Below the pieces are notes generated by a model. It saw only the letters and a program-made list of their open reading frames with translations, searched no databases and had not been told where the DNA came from. Both the position numbers and the translations under genes were made by a program. From an uncultured Hyphomicrobiales bacterium (lineage in GTDB: Bacteria; Pseudomonadota; Alphaproteobacteria; Rhizobiales; Xanthobacteraceae), in assembly GCA_964584855.1 (NCBI GenBank), contig CAZPBF010000025.1, forward strand, positions 40,520 through 104,519: a DNA stretch of 64,000 bases, read 5' to 3'. Shown here piece after piece: positions 46,785-58,470 of the stretch. How positions within the stretch are numbered: the first letter of the stretch is position 1; the number at the start of each line of letters is the position of its first letter.

Positions 46785-47642
46785 TCAGGTCAGTTCGGCA
46801 AACCGGTGGAAATCGTGCCGCAGGGCGCCCGCCAGAAGGCCCGGGGCGCCGTTTCCGACCGGGCGGCCGTCGATCCGGACGACCGGCATCACGATCTGGC
46901 TCGCGGAGGTCAGGAAGGCCTCCCGGGCCTCGTAGGCCTCCTCCACCGTGAAAGGACGCTCCTCCAGTTGCAGTCCCTGCGCCCGGATCGCCTCAATCAC
47001 GACCGTGCGGGTGATCCCCTTCAGGATGGAATGGTCCGCAGGCCGGGTCACGACCTTGCCTTCGCGCGTGACGATCCAGGCGTTGGAGGAAGATCCTTCA
47101 GTGACGAAACCGGCGCGATCGACGAACCAGGCCTCGCGCGCGCCCTTCTCCCGGGCCGCCTGCTTGGCGAGGACATTCGGCAGAAGGGAGACGGACTTGA
47201 TGTCGACCCGCTCCCAGCGATTATCCGGCACGGTGACGACCGAAACGCCGTCCGAAGCCATGGCCTCGGCCTTCTCGAAGTCGAGCCGGCTCGCTGTCAC
47301 GACGACGCTGGGCGCCGTCTGCGGCGAGGGAAAAGCGTGATCGCGCTTTGCGACACCGCGCGTGATCTGCAGGTAGACGATCCCGTTGTTGACGCGATTA
47401 AGACGAATGGTCTCGCGCAGGACGACGCCGAGCGCCTCACGCGTCATCGGCATCCGGATCCGCAATTCGCCGAGCGAGCGCAGCAGGCGATCCATGTGCC
47501 GGCGTTCATCGACCAGCCGTCCGCCCCTTACCTCGCAGACTTCGTAGACGCCATCGGAAAACTGATAGCCGCGGTCCTCGATATTGACCGCCGCCTCGCG
47601 GCGCAGGAGATAGCGCCCGTTGACATACGCGATACGCGACAC
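46785..47642 (-). CDS. dat: D-amino-acid transaminase (class IV aminotransferase)
   Basis: SRIAYVNGRYL...EDRGYQFSDGVYEV... is the fold-type IV PLP enzyme pattern. I prefer GTG 47642, 1 nt after the ntrX stop, over the track's TTG at 47657. Confidence 0.85.
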   Translation of the reverse strand: MSRIAYVNGRYLLRREAAVNIEDRGYQFSDGVYEVCEVRGGRLVDERRHMDRLLRSLGELRIRMPMTREALGVVLRETIRLNRVNNGIVYLQITRGVAKRDHAFPSPQTAPSVVVTASRLDFEKAEAMASDGVSVVTVPDNRWERVDIKSVSLLPNVLAKQAAREKGAREAWFVDRAGFVTEGSSSNAWIVTREGKVVTRPADHSILKGITRTVVIEAIRAQGLQLEERPFTVEEAYEAREAFLTSASQIVMPVVRIDGRPVGNGAPGLLAGALRHDFHRFAELT

Positions 47643-47643
47643 G

Positions 47644-49014
47644 TCACCCGATCCCAAGCGCCTTGAGCTTCCGATGCAGCGCCGAACGCTCCATCCCGAC
47701 GAACTCGGCCGTGCGCGAAATGTTGCCGCCGAACCGGCTGATCTGCGCCTGCAGGTATTCGCGCTCGAACATCTCGCGCGCCTCGCGTAACGGCAGGCCC
47801 ATGAGCTGCTCGCCGCCGTTGCCGTTCGGCATGCTCGGCACCATCGAACCGACGTCCTGCGGCAGCATGCTGGCGCTGATCACCGCCGAAGGGTCGCCGC
47901 CCGCGAGGATCATCAGGCGTTCCACGTTGTTGCGAAGCTGGCGGACGTTGCCCGGCCAATCGTGCGATTGCAGAACCGCGAGCGCATCGTCCCCGATGCT
48001 GCGTTTGGCAAGCCCGGTCGCCTGCGAGATCTGGTCCATGAAGTAGTCGATCAGCAGCGGGATATCCTCGCGCCGCTCCGCCAGCGGCGGCACCCGGATC
48101 GGCACGACCGACAGCCGGTGATAGAGATCCTCGCGGAATTTGCCGGCGGCGATGTCGGCCTCGAGATTGCGTGCGGTCGATGAGACGATACGCACATCGA
48201 CCGACACTTTGGCATTTCCACCGACACGCTCGAAGGTCTGCTCGGTCAGGACGCGCAGGATCTTGCTTTGCGTTTCGCGCGGCATGTCGGCGATTTCGTC
48301 GATGAACAGCGTTCCGCCGTGCGCCTCTTCCAATGCGCCGACCTTGCGCGACTGCGCGCCATTGGTCTGCTCGATCCCGAACAGCTCGATTTCCATGCGC
48401 TCCGGCGTCATGGCCGCGGCATTGATGACGACGAAGGGGCCGCTGGCGCGGCCCGACAGAGCGTGAAGCGTGCGCGCGCAGAGTTCCTTGCCGCCGCCCG
48501 ACGGCCCAATGATCAGGATGCGGCTGTTGGTCGGGGCGACCTTCTCGATGGTCTGGCGCAGCTGGTTGATCGCCGCGGATTTGCCTATGAGGTCGTTTGC
48601 AAGCGATCCGTGCTGCTTCAGTTCCTTCACCTCGCGCCTCAGACGCGATGCTTCGAGTGCGCGATCCGCGACCAGCAGAAGGCGATCCGCCTTGAACGGC
48701 TTTTCGATAAAATCGTAGGCGCCGCGCTTGATCGCGGCGACTGCGGTCTCGACGTTTCCGTGCCCCGAGATCATCACGACCGGAAGGTCCGGATGCTCGC
48801 CCTTCGCGGTATCGAGCAGTTGCAGGCCGTCGAGCCTGCTTCCCTGCAGCCAGATGTCGAGGAACAGCAGATTTGGCCGCCGTGCCTTGATTGACGCGAG
48901 CGCCGTGTCGCTGTCGCGCGCGACACGAGTCGAATAGCCCTCGTCCTGCAAAATCCCCGAGACGAGCTCGCAGATGTCGTTTTCATCGTCGACGATCAGA
49001 ATGTCAGCGGCCAT
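47644..49014 (-). CDS. ntrX: Sigma-54-type response regulator NtrX
   Basis: REC domain (ILIVDDE...FLDIWL), AAA+ domain (GPSGGGKE, GTLFIDEI) and a C-terminal HTH. Located downstream of ntrY. Confidence 0.93.
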   Translation of the reverse strand: MAADILIVDDENDICELVSGILQDEGYSTRVARDSDTALASIKARRPNLLFLDIWLQGSRLDGLQLLDTAKGEHPDLPVVMISGHGNVETAVAAIKRGAYDFIEKPFKADRLLLVADRALEASRLRREVKELKQHGSLANDLIGKSAAINQLRQTIEKVAPTNSRILIIGPSGGGKELCARTLHALSGRASGPFVVINAAAMTPERMEIELFGIEQTNGAQSRKVGALEEAHGGTLFIDEIADMPRETQSKILRVLTEQTFERVGGNAKVSVDVRIVSSTARNLEADIAAGKFREDLYHRLSVVPIRVPPLAERREDIPLLIDYFMDQISQATGLAKRSIGDDALAVLQSHDWPGNVRQLRNNVERLMILAGGDPSAVISASMLPQDVGSMVPSMPNGNGGEQLMGLPLREAREMFEREYLQAQISRFGGNISRTAEFVGMERSALHRKLKALGIG

Positions 49015-49037
49015 TGCTATTCTTCCGCACTCATCGG

Positions 49038-51263
49038 TTACGCAGCGTCGTTTCGGTCAGTGGCAACGATTGGCTCGGCGGCAAACCGCATCCGCATCCA
49101 GGCTCCGCGCTGACCTTGATGCTTCTCGGAGGCATCGCGCAGTTCGATCCCCCCGCCATGATCTTCCAGAATCTTCCCGACGATGGCCAAACCGAGGCCG
49201 GTCCCCTTGTCGCGGGTAGTCACGTAAGGTTCGAGCAGTCGGCTGCGATTTTCCTGCGGCAAGCCTATTCCGTTGTCGATCACGTCGATCACGATCATCG
49301 GACCTTCCCGGCCCGCGATGATCTCGATGCGGCCCTTGTCTGATCCTTCCGGCAAAGCGGCGATCGCTTCGGTCGCGTTCTTAATGATGTTGGTCAGACC
49401 CTGCGAGATCAGCCGCCGGTCGAATTGCGCGGCGAGCGGCTCTTCAGTGACCGTCACATCGATATCGATATCTGGATGAGCGACGCGCATCAGGAACACG
49501 GCCTGCCTGACGGTGTCGGCAACATCCTCCGGCGACATCACGGGCTTCGGCATGCGCGCGAAGCGCGAGAATTCGTCGACCATTCGCCGGATATCATCGA
49601 CCTGCCGGATGATGGTTTCGGTGCATTGCTCGAAGACGGCGGGATCCGTGGTGATCGTCTTGCCGTATTTGCGCCGCAGCCGCTCGGCCGACAGCTGGAT
49701 CGGGGTAAGCGGATTTTTGATCTCGTGCGCAATGCGGCGTGCGACGTCGGCCCATGCCGATGTCCGCTGGGCCGACACGAGATCGGTGATGTCATCGAGG
49801 GTCACGACATATCCGTGCTCGGAAGCCGACTGTTCCGTCGCCACGCGTACGGACACGTTCCGCTCCCGGCCATTGCGATTGATCGTCATCTGGCCCTGGG
49901 CGAGGCGCTGATTGCCTTCACGCGCCTCCGCGATGATCGGCGCAAGTTCCGGAACGATCTCGTTCAGCGGCTTCCCGAGGACCTCGGTTTCGGTGTGGCC
50001 GATCAGCTTTTCGGCGGACCTGTTCAGGATGCTGATGCGGTCTTCGTGGTCGACGCCGATGACGCCCGCGCTCGCGCCCGCAAGCACAGCCTCGGTGAAT
50101 CGGCGCCGGCTGTCGATCAGGTCGCGCGCGCCCATGATGTCGTCGCGCTGGCTGCGCAATTCCTGCGTCATCTTGTTGAAGGTCTCGCCCAGCGCTGCAA
50201 GATCGCCCTCGGATTTCCGGATCGGGACCTGAACGTGCAGATTTCCGGTAGCGACGATGTTTGCGGCTCCGATCAGCCGGCGGATCGGCGCGACGAGCTG
50301 GTTTGCGAAATTCAGTCCGATCCACACCGCCGACAGGAGCACGATCAGCGCGATCACGGTGTACATAAGCGCGAAGGCGACCTGCACGCCGAGGCGCCTC
50401 GCCTCGAGCGCGGCGTATTCCGAAACGCTCGCGCGCGTCTGTGCGAGTTGCCCGATCACCTTCGGGTCGAGCGAACGCGTTACGTAGAGATACGTGTCGT
50501 CGTAGTTTCTAAGCTTCACGATCGCTGCGACATAGTTCGATTCCGGAATCAACGCGATCTCCGGCTCGTCCTCCCCGACCATCGCGAGCGCAGCCTTCGA
50601 AGGCGCAAGAAATTCCGTCGTCACGCGCAAATCGCTGCGTTCCACGACCTCCAGATTCTTGTCGAGCATGACAGCCGCGGGAATCCCGCGAATGGAGGCC
50701 TGAGCCGTGAGGAATTGGCGGAAGCGCGTGCGGTCCTGATCGAAAAGCTGTTTCGCGCGCGTGACATCGAACGACATGGCGAGAATGTCCCCCCGAATCG
50801 TCTGCACGTGCTCCCGTACGTAGGCTTCGGCGACGCCGAGCGAATTCTCGATCACAGCGCGCGTGCGGGTCGAGAACAGACGGTCGAGCCCGCGGTCGAG
50901 CGTGACACTCGCGACAATGGCAACGAGGATCGCTGGCGCAGCGGCGACGATTGAAAACAGTGCCACCACGCGCACGTGGAGCTGGGCGCCTGCGCGACCC
51001 CGCCGGCGAGCCTGGATCATCATCCAGACCTCCCGTCCGATCACGCCGATCAGCACGAAGACGGTCGTGGCGTTGACCATCAGAAGGCTGACCACAACGT
51101 CGTGCGAGGGCGCGATGGGCGTCAGCCCGGCCAGGACGAGAAACGTCACCAGAGCCGACAGAAGCGCTACCGCGACCGCCCCGGGTCCGAGGATGCGAAG
51201 CGCAGCACGGCTTTGGTAGCCGCTGACATGATCCAGCGTCGCGGTCGGCTCGGCGCTCGTCAT
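49038..51263 (-). CDS. ntrY: Sensor histidine kinase NtrY
   Basis: N-terminal TM helices, HAMP and PAS domains, H-box HEIKNPLTPIQLSAERL, and a HATPase_c C-terminus. Confidence 0.93.
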   Translation of the reverse strand: MTSAEPTATLDHVSGYQSRAALRILGPGAVAVALLSALVTFLVLAGLTPIAPSHDVVVSLLMVNATTVFVLIGVIGREVWMMIQARRRGRAGAQLHVRVVALFSIVAAAPAILVAIVASVTLDRGLDRLFSTRTRAVIENSLGVAEAYVREHVQTIRGDILAMSFDVTRAKQLFDQDRTRFRQFLTAQASIRGIPAAVMLDKNLEVVERSDLRVTTEFLAPSKAALAMVGEDEPEIALIPESNYVAAIVKLRNYDDTYLYVTRSLDPKVIGQLAQTRASVSEYAALEARRLGVQVAFALMYTVIALIVLLSAVWIGLNFANQLVAPIRRLIGAANIVATGNLHVQVPIRKSEGDLAALGETFNKMTQELRSQRDDIMGARDLIDSRRRFTEAVLAGASAGVIGVDHEDRISILNRSAEKLIGHTETEVLGKPLNEIVPELAPIIAEAREGNQRLAQGQMTINRNGRERNVSVRVATEQSASEHGYVVTLDDITDLVSAQRTSAWADVARRIAHEIKNPLTPIQLSAERLRRKYGKTITTDPAVFEQCTETIIRQVDDIRRMVDEFSRFARMPKPVMSPEDVADTVRQAVFLMRVAHPDIDIDVTVTEEPLAAQFDRRLISQGLTNIIKNATEAIAALPEGSDKGRIEIIAGREGPMIVIDVIDNGIGLPQENRSRLLEPYVTTRDKGTGLGLAIVGKILEDHGGGIELRDASEKHQGQRGAWMRMRFAAEPIVATDRNDAA

Positions 51264-51388
51264 CGACTACCTGGTTGAAAACGCGAGGTACTGAGGCGCC
51301 TTTGATAGGACGCCTGATGATGTATTTCTACAACAATGTTGCGGAATTGAGACAAATCCGCGGCGAGGTAAACGCCGCCGACGCCAGC

Positions 51389-52828
51389 TCAATTGCTGGT
51401 GCGTATGACCTGGATGTCGAGGTCGCGGATCTTCTTACGGAGCGTGTTCCGGTTGACCCCAAGCAGGTCAGCCGCGCGGATCTGATTGCCCCGCGTCGCG
51501 GCGAGCGCTGCGGAGAGCAACGGGTATTCGATTTCACGCAAGATTCGGTGATAGAGGCCGGGCGGCGGCAGCCCGTCGCCGAAAGTTGCGAAATAGCGCG
51601 CAAGGTTGCGCTCGACGGCGGCGGAAAGGTTGTCGGTCGCGGGGGGCTCGTGTTCGAGCGTGACGGCAGGCTGAACGAGTTCAGCGTCGATCACGGCGGC
51701 GGAGATGACTTCCTGCGGATAGAGCGCCGCCAATCGCCGCGCAAGATTCTCAAGCTCTCGCACGTTGCCCGGCCACGAATAGCGTTTGAGGCGATCGATC
51801 GCAGACTGGTCGATCTGTTTGGCTGGCAGCCCTTCGCGTTCGACTTGTGTGAAGAAGTGCCGGATGAGATCGGGAATGTCCTCGGCGCGCTCGCGCAGCG
51901 GCGGCAGGCGCAGGGGCACGACATTCAGCCGGAAGAACAGATCCTCGCGGAAAAGGCCCTGCTGAATGAGGATTCGCAGATCCTTGTTCGTGGCCGCGAT
52001 GATGCGAACGTCGGTCTTGATCGGAGTGCGGCCGCCGACCGTGGTGTATTCGCCCTGCTGCAGAACGCGCAGCAGTCGCGTCTGCGCTTCCATCGGCATG
52101 TCGCCGATTTCGTCGAGGAAGAGCGTGCCCCCCTCGGCCTGCTCGAAGCGGCCGGTCGAACGGGTGTTGGCGCCGGTAAACGCCCCCTTCTCGTGGCCGA
52201 ACAGTTCGGACTCGATCAGGTCGCGCGGAATCGCAGCCATGTTGATCGCAACGAAAGGCCCGGTGCGGCGCTTGCCGTAGTCGTGCAGCGCGCGTGCGAC
52301 CAGTTCTTTGCCTGTGCCGGATTCGCCGGAAATCATGACCGTGAGGTCGGTCTGCATCAAGCGTGCGAGCAGACGATAGATCTCCTGCATGGCGGCGGAG
52401 CGGCCGACCAGCGGAATCGAATCGAAGTCGTCGTTCTTTGCTGCCGAGCGGGGCCTGTCCTTCGGTTCGGACAGCGCGCGGCCTACGATCGCGGTCAGTT
52501 CCTTAAGATCGAAAGGTTTGGGCAGATATTCGTAGGCGCCGCGTTCCGACGCGCGGATCGCGGTCATGAAAGTATTCTGCGCACTCATCACGATGACCGG
52601 CAGCTCGGGGCGCAATTTCTTGATCCGCGGAATGAGCTCGAACGCATTCTCATCCGGCATGACGACGTCGGTGATGACGAGATCCCCCTCGCCCTGACTG
52701 ACCCAGCGCCAGAGCGTCGCGGCGTTGCCGGTCGAGCGGACCTCGTAACCCGCTCGCGAAAGCGCCTGATTGAGAACCGTCCTGATCGCGGCGTCGTCGT
52801 CGGCGACCAGGATGCTTGCCGAAGGCAT
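51389..52828 (-). CDS. ntrC: Nitrogen regulation protein NR(I), NtrC
   Basis: REC (ILVADDD...DVVMPD), sigma-54 activator AAA+ ([23 protein letters not shown]) and a Fis-type HTH. Confidence 0.95.
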   Translation of the reverse strand: MPSASILVADDDAAIRTVLNQALSRAGYEVRSTGNAATLWRWVSQGEGDLVITDVVMPDENAFELIPRIKKLRPELPVIVMSAQNTFMTAIRASERGAYEYLPKPFDLKELTAIVGRALSEPKDRPRSAAKNDDFDSIPLVGRSAAMQEIYRLLARLMQTDLTVMISGESGTGKELVARALHDYGKRRTGPFVAINMAAIPRDLIESELFGHEKGAFTGANTRSTGRFEQAEGGTLFLDEIGDMPMEAQTRLLRVLQQGEYTTVGGRTPIKTDVRIIAATNKDLRILIQQGLFREDLFFRLNVVPLRLPPLRERAEDIPDLIRHFFTQVEREGLPAKQIDQSAIDRLKRYSWPGNVRELENLARRLAALYPQEVISAAVIDAELVQPAVTLEHEPPATDNLSAAVERNLARYFATFGDGLPPPGLYHRILREIEYPLLSAALAATRGNQIRAADLLGVNRNTLRKKIRDLDIQVIRTSN

Positions 52829-52854
52829 CGTCCGCTAGCCTCGCTTCACTGCGG

Positions 52855-54009
52855 TCATCGTGACCTCGCCCGGTTTGCGACCTTGGGGACGACCGGCGCT
52901 TCGAGTTCCTGTTCCGCATACATCGGCATCAGAACCCGGAAGGTGGTGTGCCGAGGTTGAGATTCGCATTCGATAATACCGCCGTGGTCGCCGATGATCT
53001 TGGCAACCAATGCAAGTCCTAGACCAGAACCGCTGGGTTTCGTGGTGACGAACGGGTCAAATAGATGCGGCGTCAGGTCCTCGGGAACACCGGGGCCGTT
53101 GTCCTTGATGCAGAATTCCAGAGGCAGCGACACCCGCGTCTTCGTGCCAGGCAATGTCAGCCGTACCCCGGGCCGGAACGCGGTCGTCAGGTGGATCTCG
53201 CCGTCGATCGCATCCTCGCCGATGGCTTCGGCGGCGTTCTTCACGAGGTTGAGGAAGACCTGCACCAGTTGATCGCGGTTTGCGAGGATCGGCGGAAGCG
53301 ACGGATCGTATTCCTCCACGAACTTGATGTGGCGTGCGAAACCGGATTGGGCGAGCCGCTTCACATGGTCGAGCACCACATGGATGTTAACCGGTTCACG
53401 TTCGACCGGCCGTTCGTCGGCGAACACTTCCATCCGATCGACGAGTTTGACGATACGGTCCGCCTCGTCGCAGATCAGACGAGTGAGTGTTCGGTCGCTG
53501 TCATCGGCTGACTGTTCGAGAAGCTGCGCGGCGCCACGAATGCCGGAGAGCGGGTTCTTGATTTCGTGCGCAAGCATCGCGGCAAGCGCGATGACCGAAC
53601 GCGCAGCGCCCCGATGCGTGAGCTGACGATCCATCTTGTCGGCGATCGTGCGTTCCTGAAGCATGACAATCACGTCGCCTGGACGCTCCGGCAGCGGGGC
53701 CACATGCAGGTCGACAACGTGCTCGCCGGGATTGCGCGGCGTGCCGAGGTCGACGCGATATTCGTTGACCGGAGCGCCGCGCGTACGAACCTGCTCCACC
53801 AGCGCAAGCAAGGGCGATCCGAACGGCACAAGATCGCGCAGCCGGTTCCGCTGAAGAAGCGGCACGGAAATTTCGAAGAACGCCTCGGCCGCCACGTTTG
53901 CGTCTGCGATGTGACCGTCCGCGCTGACCACAAGCACCGGCAACGGCAACGCGTTGACGACCGCGTCCGCAACGCCATGGTGCTCGGCGAGTACCGTTTC
54001 CATCGTCAT
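52855..54009 (-). CDS. ntrB: Nitrogen regulation sensor kinase NR(II), NtrB
   Basis: PAS domain, then H-box [17 protein letters not shown] and an ATPase domain. The start overlaps the dusB stop. Confidence 0.93.
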   Translation of the reverse strand: MTMETVLAEHHGVADAVVNALPLPVLVVSADGHIADANVAAEAFFEISVPLLQRNRLRDLVPFGSPLLALVEQVRTRGAPVNEYRVDLGTPRNPGEHVVDLHVAPLPERPGDVIVMLQERTIADKMDRQLTHRGAARSVIALAAMLAHEIKNPLSGIRGAAQLLEQSADDSDRTLTRLICDEADRIVKLVDRMEVFADERPVEREPVNIHVVLDHVKRLAQSGFARHIKFVEEYDPSLPPILANRDQLVQVFLNLVKNAAEAIGEDAIDGEIHLTTAFRPGVRLTLPGTKTRVSLPLEFCIKDNGPGVPEDLTPHLFDPFVTTKPSGSGLGLALVAKIIGDHGGIIECESQPRHTTFRVLMPMYAEQELEAPVVPKVANRARSR

Positions 54010-55085
54010 GCCGCAGCCCTTAAATGCTTGTCATTGCGGGCGTTTCGAGAGTGTCCGGGACCGCCGATATCGGCGAAGGCGGCAAACGCATCTGCCAGAA
54101 GCGCCTGCATCTGGTGCGGTTCGTCGGCCGTCAGGACACGATTGCGCCAGGCTTTGAGGTCGTGCGGGGCGACCTGCGCGGTCTCTGCCGCCACGTCGAG
54201 CGCCGAGGCGACATGCTTTCGCGCATGTTTGCGTCCGATGTCCCGGCCGTGATGCAAAAGCATCTCATCGTAGAGCGCGGCGATGTAGGACAGCTGGACC
54301 GATAGTCCGGGGTCAGATTCACGTTCGCCAGTTTCGAGGTACCGGGCGAGCTGGCCGGCAAACCAGGGGCGTCCCTGGGCCGCGCGACCGACCATCACCA
54401 TGTCCGCGCCAGATTGGGAAAGCGCCCTCTCCGCATCGTCGATCGTGCAGATATCGCCGTTGGCGATGACCGGAATACTCACGCAATCCTTGACCGCGCG
54501 GATCGCCTTCCAGTCGGCCTGTCCCTTGTAAAACTGACATCGGGTGCGGCCGTGCACAGTCACGAGCCGGATGCCTGCGTCTTGTGCGCGACGTGCGAGC
54601 TCGGGCGCATTCTTCATGCGATCGTCCCAGCCGAGACGCATCTTCAGAGTGACGGGGATCGACACGGCCGCAATGGTCGCCTCGATCAGCGTCAACGCGT
54701 GATCGAGATCGCGCATCAGCGCCGATCCCGATTGGCCGTTGATGACGTGTTTCGCCGGGCAGCCCATGTTGATATCGATGACGTGCGCGCCGCCCTGTTC
54801 CGCGATGCGCGCACCCTCGCCCATCCAGCGCGCTTCGCATCCCGCGAGCTGCACGACATGAATCCCGACACCGGCGCTTTCGCTTCTCAGGCGCGCGTCG
54901 CGCCGGCCCTCAACGAGCTTCTCGCTTGCCGTCATCTCGGAAACAACGAGACCTGCGCCGAGCCGCGAAACGAGCCGACGAAACGGCGCGTCGGTCACGC
55001 CCGACATCGGAGCCAGCACGACCCTGTTCGGGAGACGGATGCTGCCGATCGATGGGGCCGCCTGTCGTATAGATTGGTGGCTCAC
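54006..55085 (-). CDS. dusB: tRNA-dihydrouridine synthase DusB
   Basis: [17 protein letters not shown] and IDINMGCPA motifs. GTG start at 55083-55085. Confidence 0.93.
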   Translation of the reverse strand: MSHQSIRQAAPSIGSIRLPNRVVLAPMSGVTDAPFRRLVSRLGAGLVVSEMTASEKLVEGRRDARLRSESAGVGIHVVQLAGCEARWMGEGARIAEQGGAHVIDINMGCPAKHVINGQSGSALMRDLDHALTLIEATIAAVSIPVTLKMRLGWDDRMKNAPELARRAQDAGIRLVTVHGRTRCQFYKGQADWKAIRAVKDCVSIPVIANGDICTIDDAERALSQSGADMVMVGRAAQGRPWFAGQLARYLETGERESDPGLSVQLSYIAALYDEMLLHHGRDIGRKHARKHVASALDVAAETAQVAPHDLKAWRNRVLTADEPHQMQALLADAFAAFADIGGPGHSRNARNDKHLRAAA

Positions 55086-55248
55086 ACCTGCACACTATTT
55101 AGGCAGAATTGCCATATGCTTAGAGTTTAGCCAAATTCGGCAGGCAGACAAGTGCTGCAGTGCAAAAAAATCGTCGAGCTGTGAATTTGGTTTCCGGCGT
55201 CCGCCACAGACGCTAAAGCGGTGCCCACGTGCATTGAGGATCGATTTC

Positions 55249-56436
55249 ATGGGGGTTTCGGTTGCTGCCCTGATCGTTGCTGCGGGCCGCGGCGTCCGCA
55301 GCGGGGGTGGTGTTCCCAAGCAATACAGGACTGTCTGGGATGAGCCTGTAGTTCGGTTGAGCACCGGCCATTTTTTGAGGCATCCCCAAGTGTCGCGCGT
55401 GCAGGTCGTGATCCATCCGGACGATCGCGCCCTGTACGAACATGCAATCCGTGATCTCGACCTCGCGGAACCCGTCTCTGGAGGCGCGACGCGTCAGCTT
55501 TCAGTGCTCGCCGGCCTCACCGCTCTGAACCCCCACAAGCCCGACCTCGTGCTCGTTCATGACGCCGCACGGCCGTTTCTTTCCGCCGCCCTGGTGACCC
55601 GAGCGATCGATGCGGCCGATGCGTCCGGCGCGGCGATCCCTGCTCTGCCGGTGACCGATACCGTGAAGCGCGTGGACCCGGCGGGCGCCGTCCAGGAAAC
55701 GGTCGATCGCGGCCTCCTTCGCACCGTCCAAACGCCGCAGGCCTTCCGCTTCTCCACGCTGATGGATGCGCACCGGCGCGCCGCGGAAGCGGGCCGCGAT
55801 GATTTCACCGACGATGCATCGCTCATGGAATGGGCCGGGGTTACAGTGACGACATTTCAAGGCGAAACGGGAAACGTGAAATTGACGACCGCAGACGATT
55901 TCGTGCGTGCAGAGGCTCTTCGTGGCGGAGCGCTGCTCGAGAGCCGGACCGGCTTTGGGTTCGACGTTCACGCTTTCGGCGACGGCGACCACGTGACGCT
56001 GGGCGGGGTGCGCATTCCGCATACCCATGGCCTCTCCGGACATTCGGATGCCGATGTCGGCATCCACGCGCTGGTCGATGCAATCCTTGGTGCGTTGTCC
56101 GACGGTGACATCGGGTCGCATTTCCCCCCGTCCGACCCGCAATGGCGCGGTGCAACCTCCGACCGCTTCTTGCGTTTTGCAGTGGACAAGGTCGCAAAAC
56201 GCCAGGGACGCATCGTGCATCTCGACCTTACCTTCGTTTGCGAGGCACCCAAGATCGGGCCGCACCGCGATGCGATGCGTGCGCGGATCGCGGAGATTGC
56301 CGGCATCTCGATCGACCGCGTCGGCGTGAAGGCCACGACCAACGAAAAGCTCGGCTTTATCGGTCACGGCGAGGGAATGGTCGCCTACGCCAATGCGACG
56401 ATAGGGCTGCCGCGGACTGACATCGATGCTGGATGA
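55249..56436 (+). CDS. ispDF: Bifunctional IspD/IspF (MEP cytidylyltransferase / MEcPP synthase)
   Basis: The N-terminal AAGRGVR...PKQY is IspD. The C-terminal GFDVHAF...GHSDADV...DIG is IspF. ATG 55249 with RBS gagga 8 nt upstream. Confidence 0.95.
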   Translation: MGVSVAALIVAAGRGVRSGGGVPKQYRTVWDEPVVRLSTGHFLRHPQVSRVQVVIHPDDRALYEHAIRDLDLAEPVSGGATRQLSVLAGLTALNPHKPDLVLVHDAARPFLSAALVTRAIDAADASGAAIPALPVTDTVKRVDPAGAVQETVDRGLLRTVQTPQAFRFSTLMDAHRRAAEAGRDDFTDDASLMEWAGVTVTTFQGETGNVKLTTADDFVRAEALRGGALLESRTGFGFDVHAFGDGDHVTLGGVRIPHTHGLSGHSDADVGIHALVDAILGALSDGDIGSHFPPSDPQWRGATSDRFLRFAVDKVAKRQGRIVHLDLTFVCEAPKIGPHRDAMRARIAEIAGISIDRVGVKATTNEKLGFIGHGEGMVAYANATIGLPRTDIDAG

Positions 56437-56956
56437 CGACATCGTCGAGGCTGCGCGGCGGCTTCTCGACATCTGCAGGCGAAAGAATCTCCTGATCGCG
56501 ACGGCCGAATCCTGCACCGCCGGCCTCGTTGCCGGCACGCTGACCGAAGTGCCCGGCACATCGAGCATCCTCGACCGCGGCTTTGTCACCTATTCGAACA
56601 ACGCCAAGCACGAAATGCTCGGGGTTTCGCGCGATACGCTGAAACAGCATGGCGCGGTCAGCCGCGAAACCGCAGAAGCGATGGCGAGCGGCGTGCTCGG
56701 GCGTACGACGGTCGATCTGGCCGTATCGGTCACCGGCATTGCTGGTCCGGACGGCGGGAGCGCGGAAAAACCCGTCGGCCTCGTGCATTTCGCCTTGGCC
56801 ACACGAAGCGGCGAACTGGTCCACGCAGAAAAGCGTTTCGGCGATGTCGGACGATCGGAAATTCGCAAACGGTCGGTTTTGCAGGCGTTCCGAATGCTGC
56901 ACAACGCAGCCGAACGGCAGGAGCCGCGTCCTCCACGCGAAAACCTGCCAGGTTAG
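56426..56956 (+). CDS. pncC: CinA-family nicotinamide-nucleotide amidohydrolase (PncC domain)
   Basis: [34 protein letters not shown]... and GIAGPDGG motifs. Confidence 0.9.
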   Translation: MLDDDIVEAARRLLDICRRKNLLIATAESCTAGLVAGTLTEVPGTSSILDRGFVTYSNNAKHEMLGVSRDTLKQHGAVSRETAEAMASGVLGRTTVDLAVSVTGIAGPDGGSAEKPVGLVHFALATRSGELVHAEKRFGDVGRSEIRKRSVLQAFRMLHNAAERQEPRPPRENLPG

Positions 56957-57411
56957 GCCTTCTTGCCGTAGACCACGTCCGCGCGCTGCTCGAAGGCCGT
57001 GGCAAAGCGCCGGAACGCCGTCTCGAACATCGCCCCCATCAGCATCGCGAGCGCACGGCTCCTGAATTCGTAGGCGATGAAGAATTTGACCTCGCACGCG
57101 CCATCGCTGGCCGGATGAAATTCCCAGCGGTTTTCCATCCTGCTGAACGGACCTTCGAGATATTCGACCAGGATGCGAAGACGCGGGCGGTCGAGTGTCA
57201 CGCGACTCCGGAACGTCTCGCGCAGGAGCTTGTAGGCAACCGTCATGTCGGCGACGACCACTTCGGTGCCGTTCGGGGTAGTCTCCCGCTTGCGGACCGC
57301 GAGCGCGCGGCAGAGCGGAACGAATTCCGGATAATGTTCGACATCGGCGACAAGATCGAACATGTCGGCAGCCGAATGCCGCACGCGCCGTGTCGTGGAA
57401 AATTCCGGCAT
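56953..57411 (-). CDS. SRPBCC/START-fold protein, RatA/Coq10 family
   Basis: MPEFSTTRRVRHSAADMFDLVADVEHYPEFVPLC is the typical RatA/Coq10 start. Located directly downstream of lipA, as in many alphaproteobacteria. Confidence 0.85.
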   Translation of the reverse strand: MPEFSTTRRVRHSAADMFDLVADVEHYPEFVPLCRALAVRKRETTPNGTEVVVADMTVAYKLLRETFRSRVTLDRPRLRILVEYLEGPFSRMENRWEFHPASDGACEVKFFIAYEFRSRALAMLMGAMFETAFRRFATAFEQRADVVYGKKA

Positions 57412-57415
57412 GCCG

Positions 57416-58363
57416 TCAGCGCGAGGCTGCAACCCGCGCGTTGCGCAGCTTTTCGAAATCCTCGCCGGCATGGTGCGACGAGCGCGTCAGCGGCGAGGAC
57501 GACACCATCAGGAATCCCTTGGCATAGGCGACGGATTCGTAAGCCTTGAATTCGTCCGGCGGCACGTAGCGCACGACCGGGTGATGCTTGCGGGTCGGCT
57601 GCAGGTATTGCCCGATGGTGAGGAAGTCCACGTTCGCGGCGCGAAGGTCGTCCATCAGTTGCAGCACCTCGTTACGCTCCTCGCCGAGACCGACCATGAT
57701 CCCCGACTTGGTGAACAGCGAGGGATCGATTTCCTTGACCTGCTGCAGCAAGCGGAGGGAATTGAAATAGCGCGCGCCGGGCCGCACCGTGAGATATTTC
57801 GATGGCACGGTTTCGAGATTGTGGTTGAACACATCGGGCTTCGCCCGGGCGACGACGTCGATGGCGCCCTCCTTCCGCAGGAAATCGGGCGTCAGGACCT
57901 CGATCGTGGTATCCGGGCAGCGAGCACGGATCGCACGAATGGTCTGCGCGAAATGCTCCGCGCCGCCGTCATCGAGATCATCGCGGTCGACCGACGTGAC
58001 GACCACGTGCTTGAGACCGAGCTTTGCGGTCGCATCCGCGACGTGCGCGGGCTCCATCGGGTCGAGTGCACCCGGCAATCCGGTCCTGACGTTGCAGAAG
58101 GCGCAGGCGCGGGTACAGGTATCCCCCATGATCATGAAGGTTGCGTGCTTCTTCTCCCAGCACTCCCCGATATTCGGACAGCCGGCCTCCTCGCAGACGG
58201 TGTGCAATCCGTGTTCGCGCACAATCCGGTTGGTATTTGCATAGCCCGGCGACACCGGAGCCTTCACGCGGATCCAATCCGGCTTGCGCTGAAGCGGAGT
58301 GTCGGCGCGATGCGCCTTTTCCGGATGGCGCGGCCGATTGAGGGTATCGAGAAGAACGACCAA
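57416..58363 (-). CDS. lipA: Lipoyl synthase
   Basis: [12 protein letters not shown] auxiliary cluster motif and radical-SAM [11 protein letters not shown] start codon. Confidence 0.96.
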   Translation of the reverse strand: MVVLLDTLNRPRHPEKAHRADTPLQRKPDWIRVKAPVSPGYANTNRIVREHGLHTVCEEAGCPNIGECWEKKHATFMIMGDTCTRACAFCNVRTGLPGALDPMEPAHVADATAKLGLKHVVVTSVDRDDLDDGGAEHFAQTIRAIRARCPDTTIEVLTPDFLRKEGAIDVVARAKPDVFNHNLETVPSKYLTVRPGARYFNSLRLLQQVKEIDPSLFTKSGIMVGLGEERNEVLQLMDDLRAANVDFLTIGQYLQPTRKHHPVVRYVPPDEFKAYESVAYAKGFLMVSSSPLTRSSHHAGEDFEKLRNARVAASR

Positions 58364-58470
58364 GGCCCTGCCCTTCGTTTCGACTCATTACTTACGAAGC
58401 GATGGGGCCGGCCGCAAGCTGGCGGGGTCCGACGACAAAAGGTGTCTTCCTCGCCGGATTCCGCTTGTCC

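Noticed and set aside
51275-52960. 561-aa ORF antisense to ntrC, and similar ones at 49425-50954 (opposite ntrY), 53566-54252 (opposite ntrB) and 54414-55130 (opposite dusB)
   Set aside because: Same reasoning. The opposite strand carries genes with complete REC/AAA+/HisKA motifs, and the antisense products are low-complexity Arg/Gly/Asp/His sequences.
55086-55248. Sigma-54 promoter or NtrC enhancer sites in the dusB/ispDF divergent region
   Set aside because: I looked for TGGCAC-N5-TTGCA and TGCACC-N3-5-GGTGCA. Only loose fragments are present (aggcagaattgcc has GG-N7-GC spacing, not N10). No call was made.
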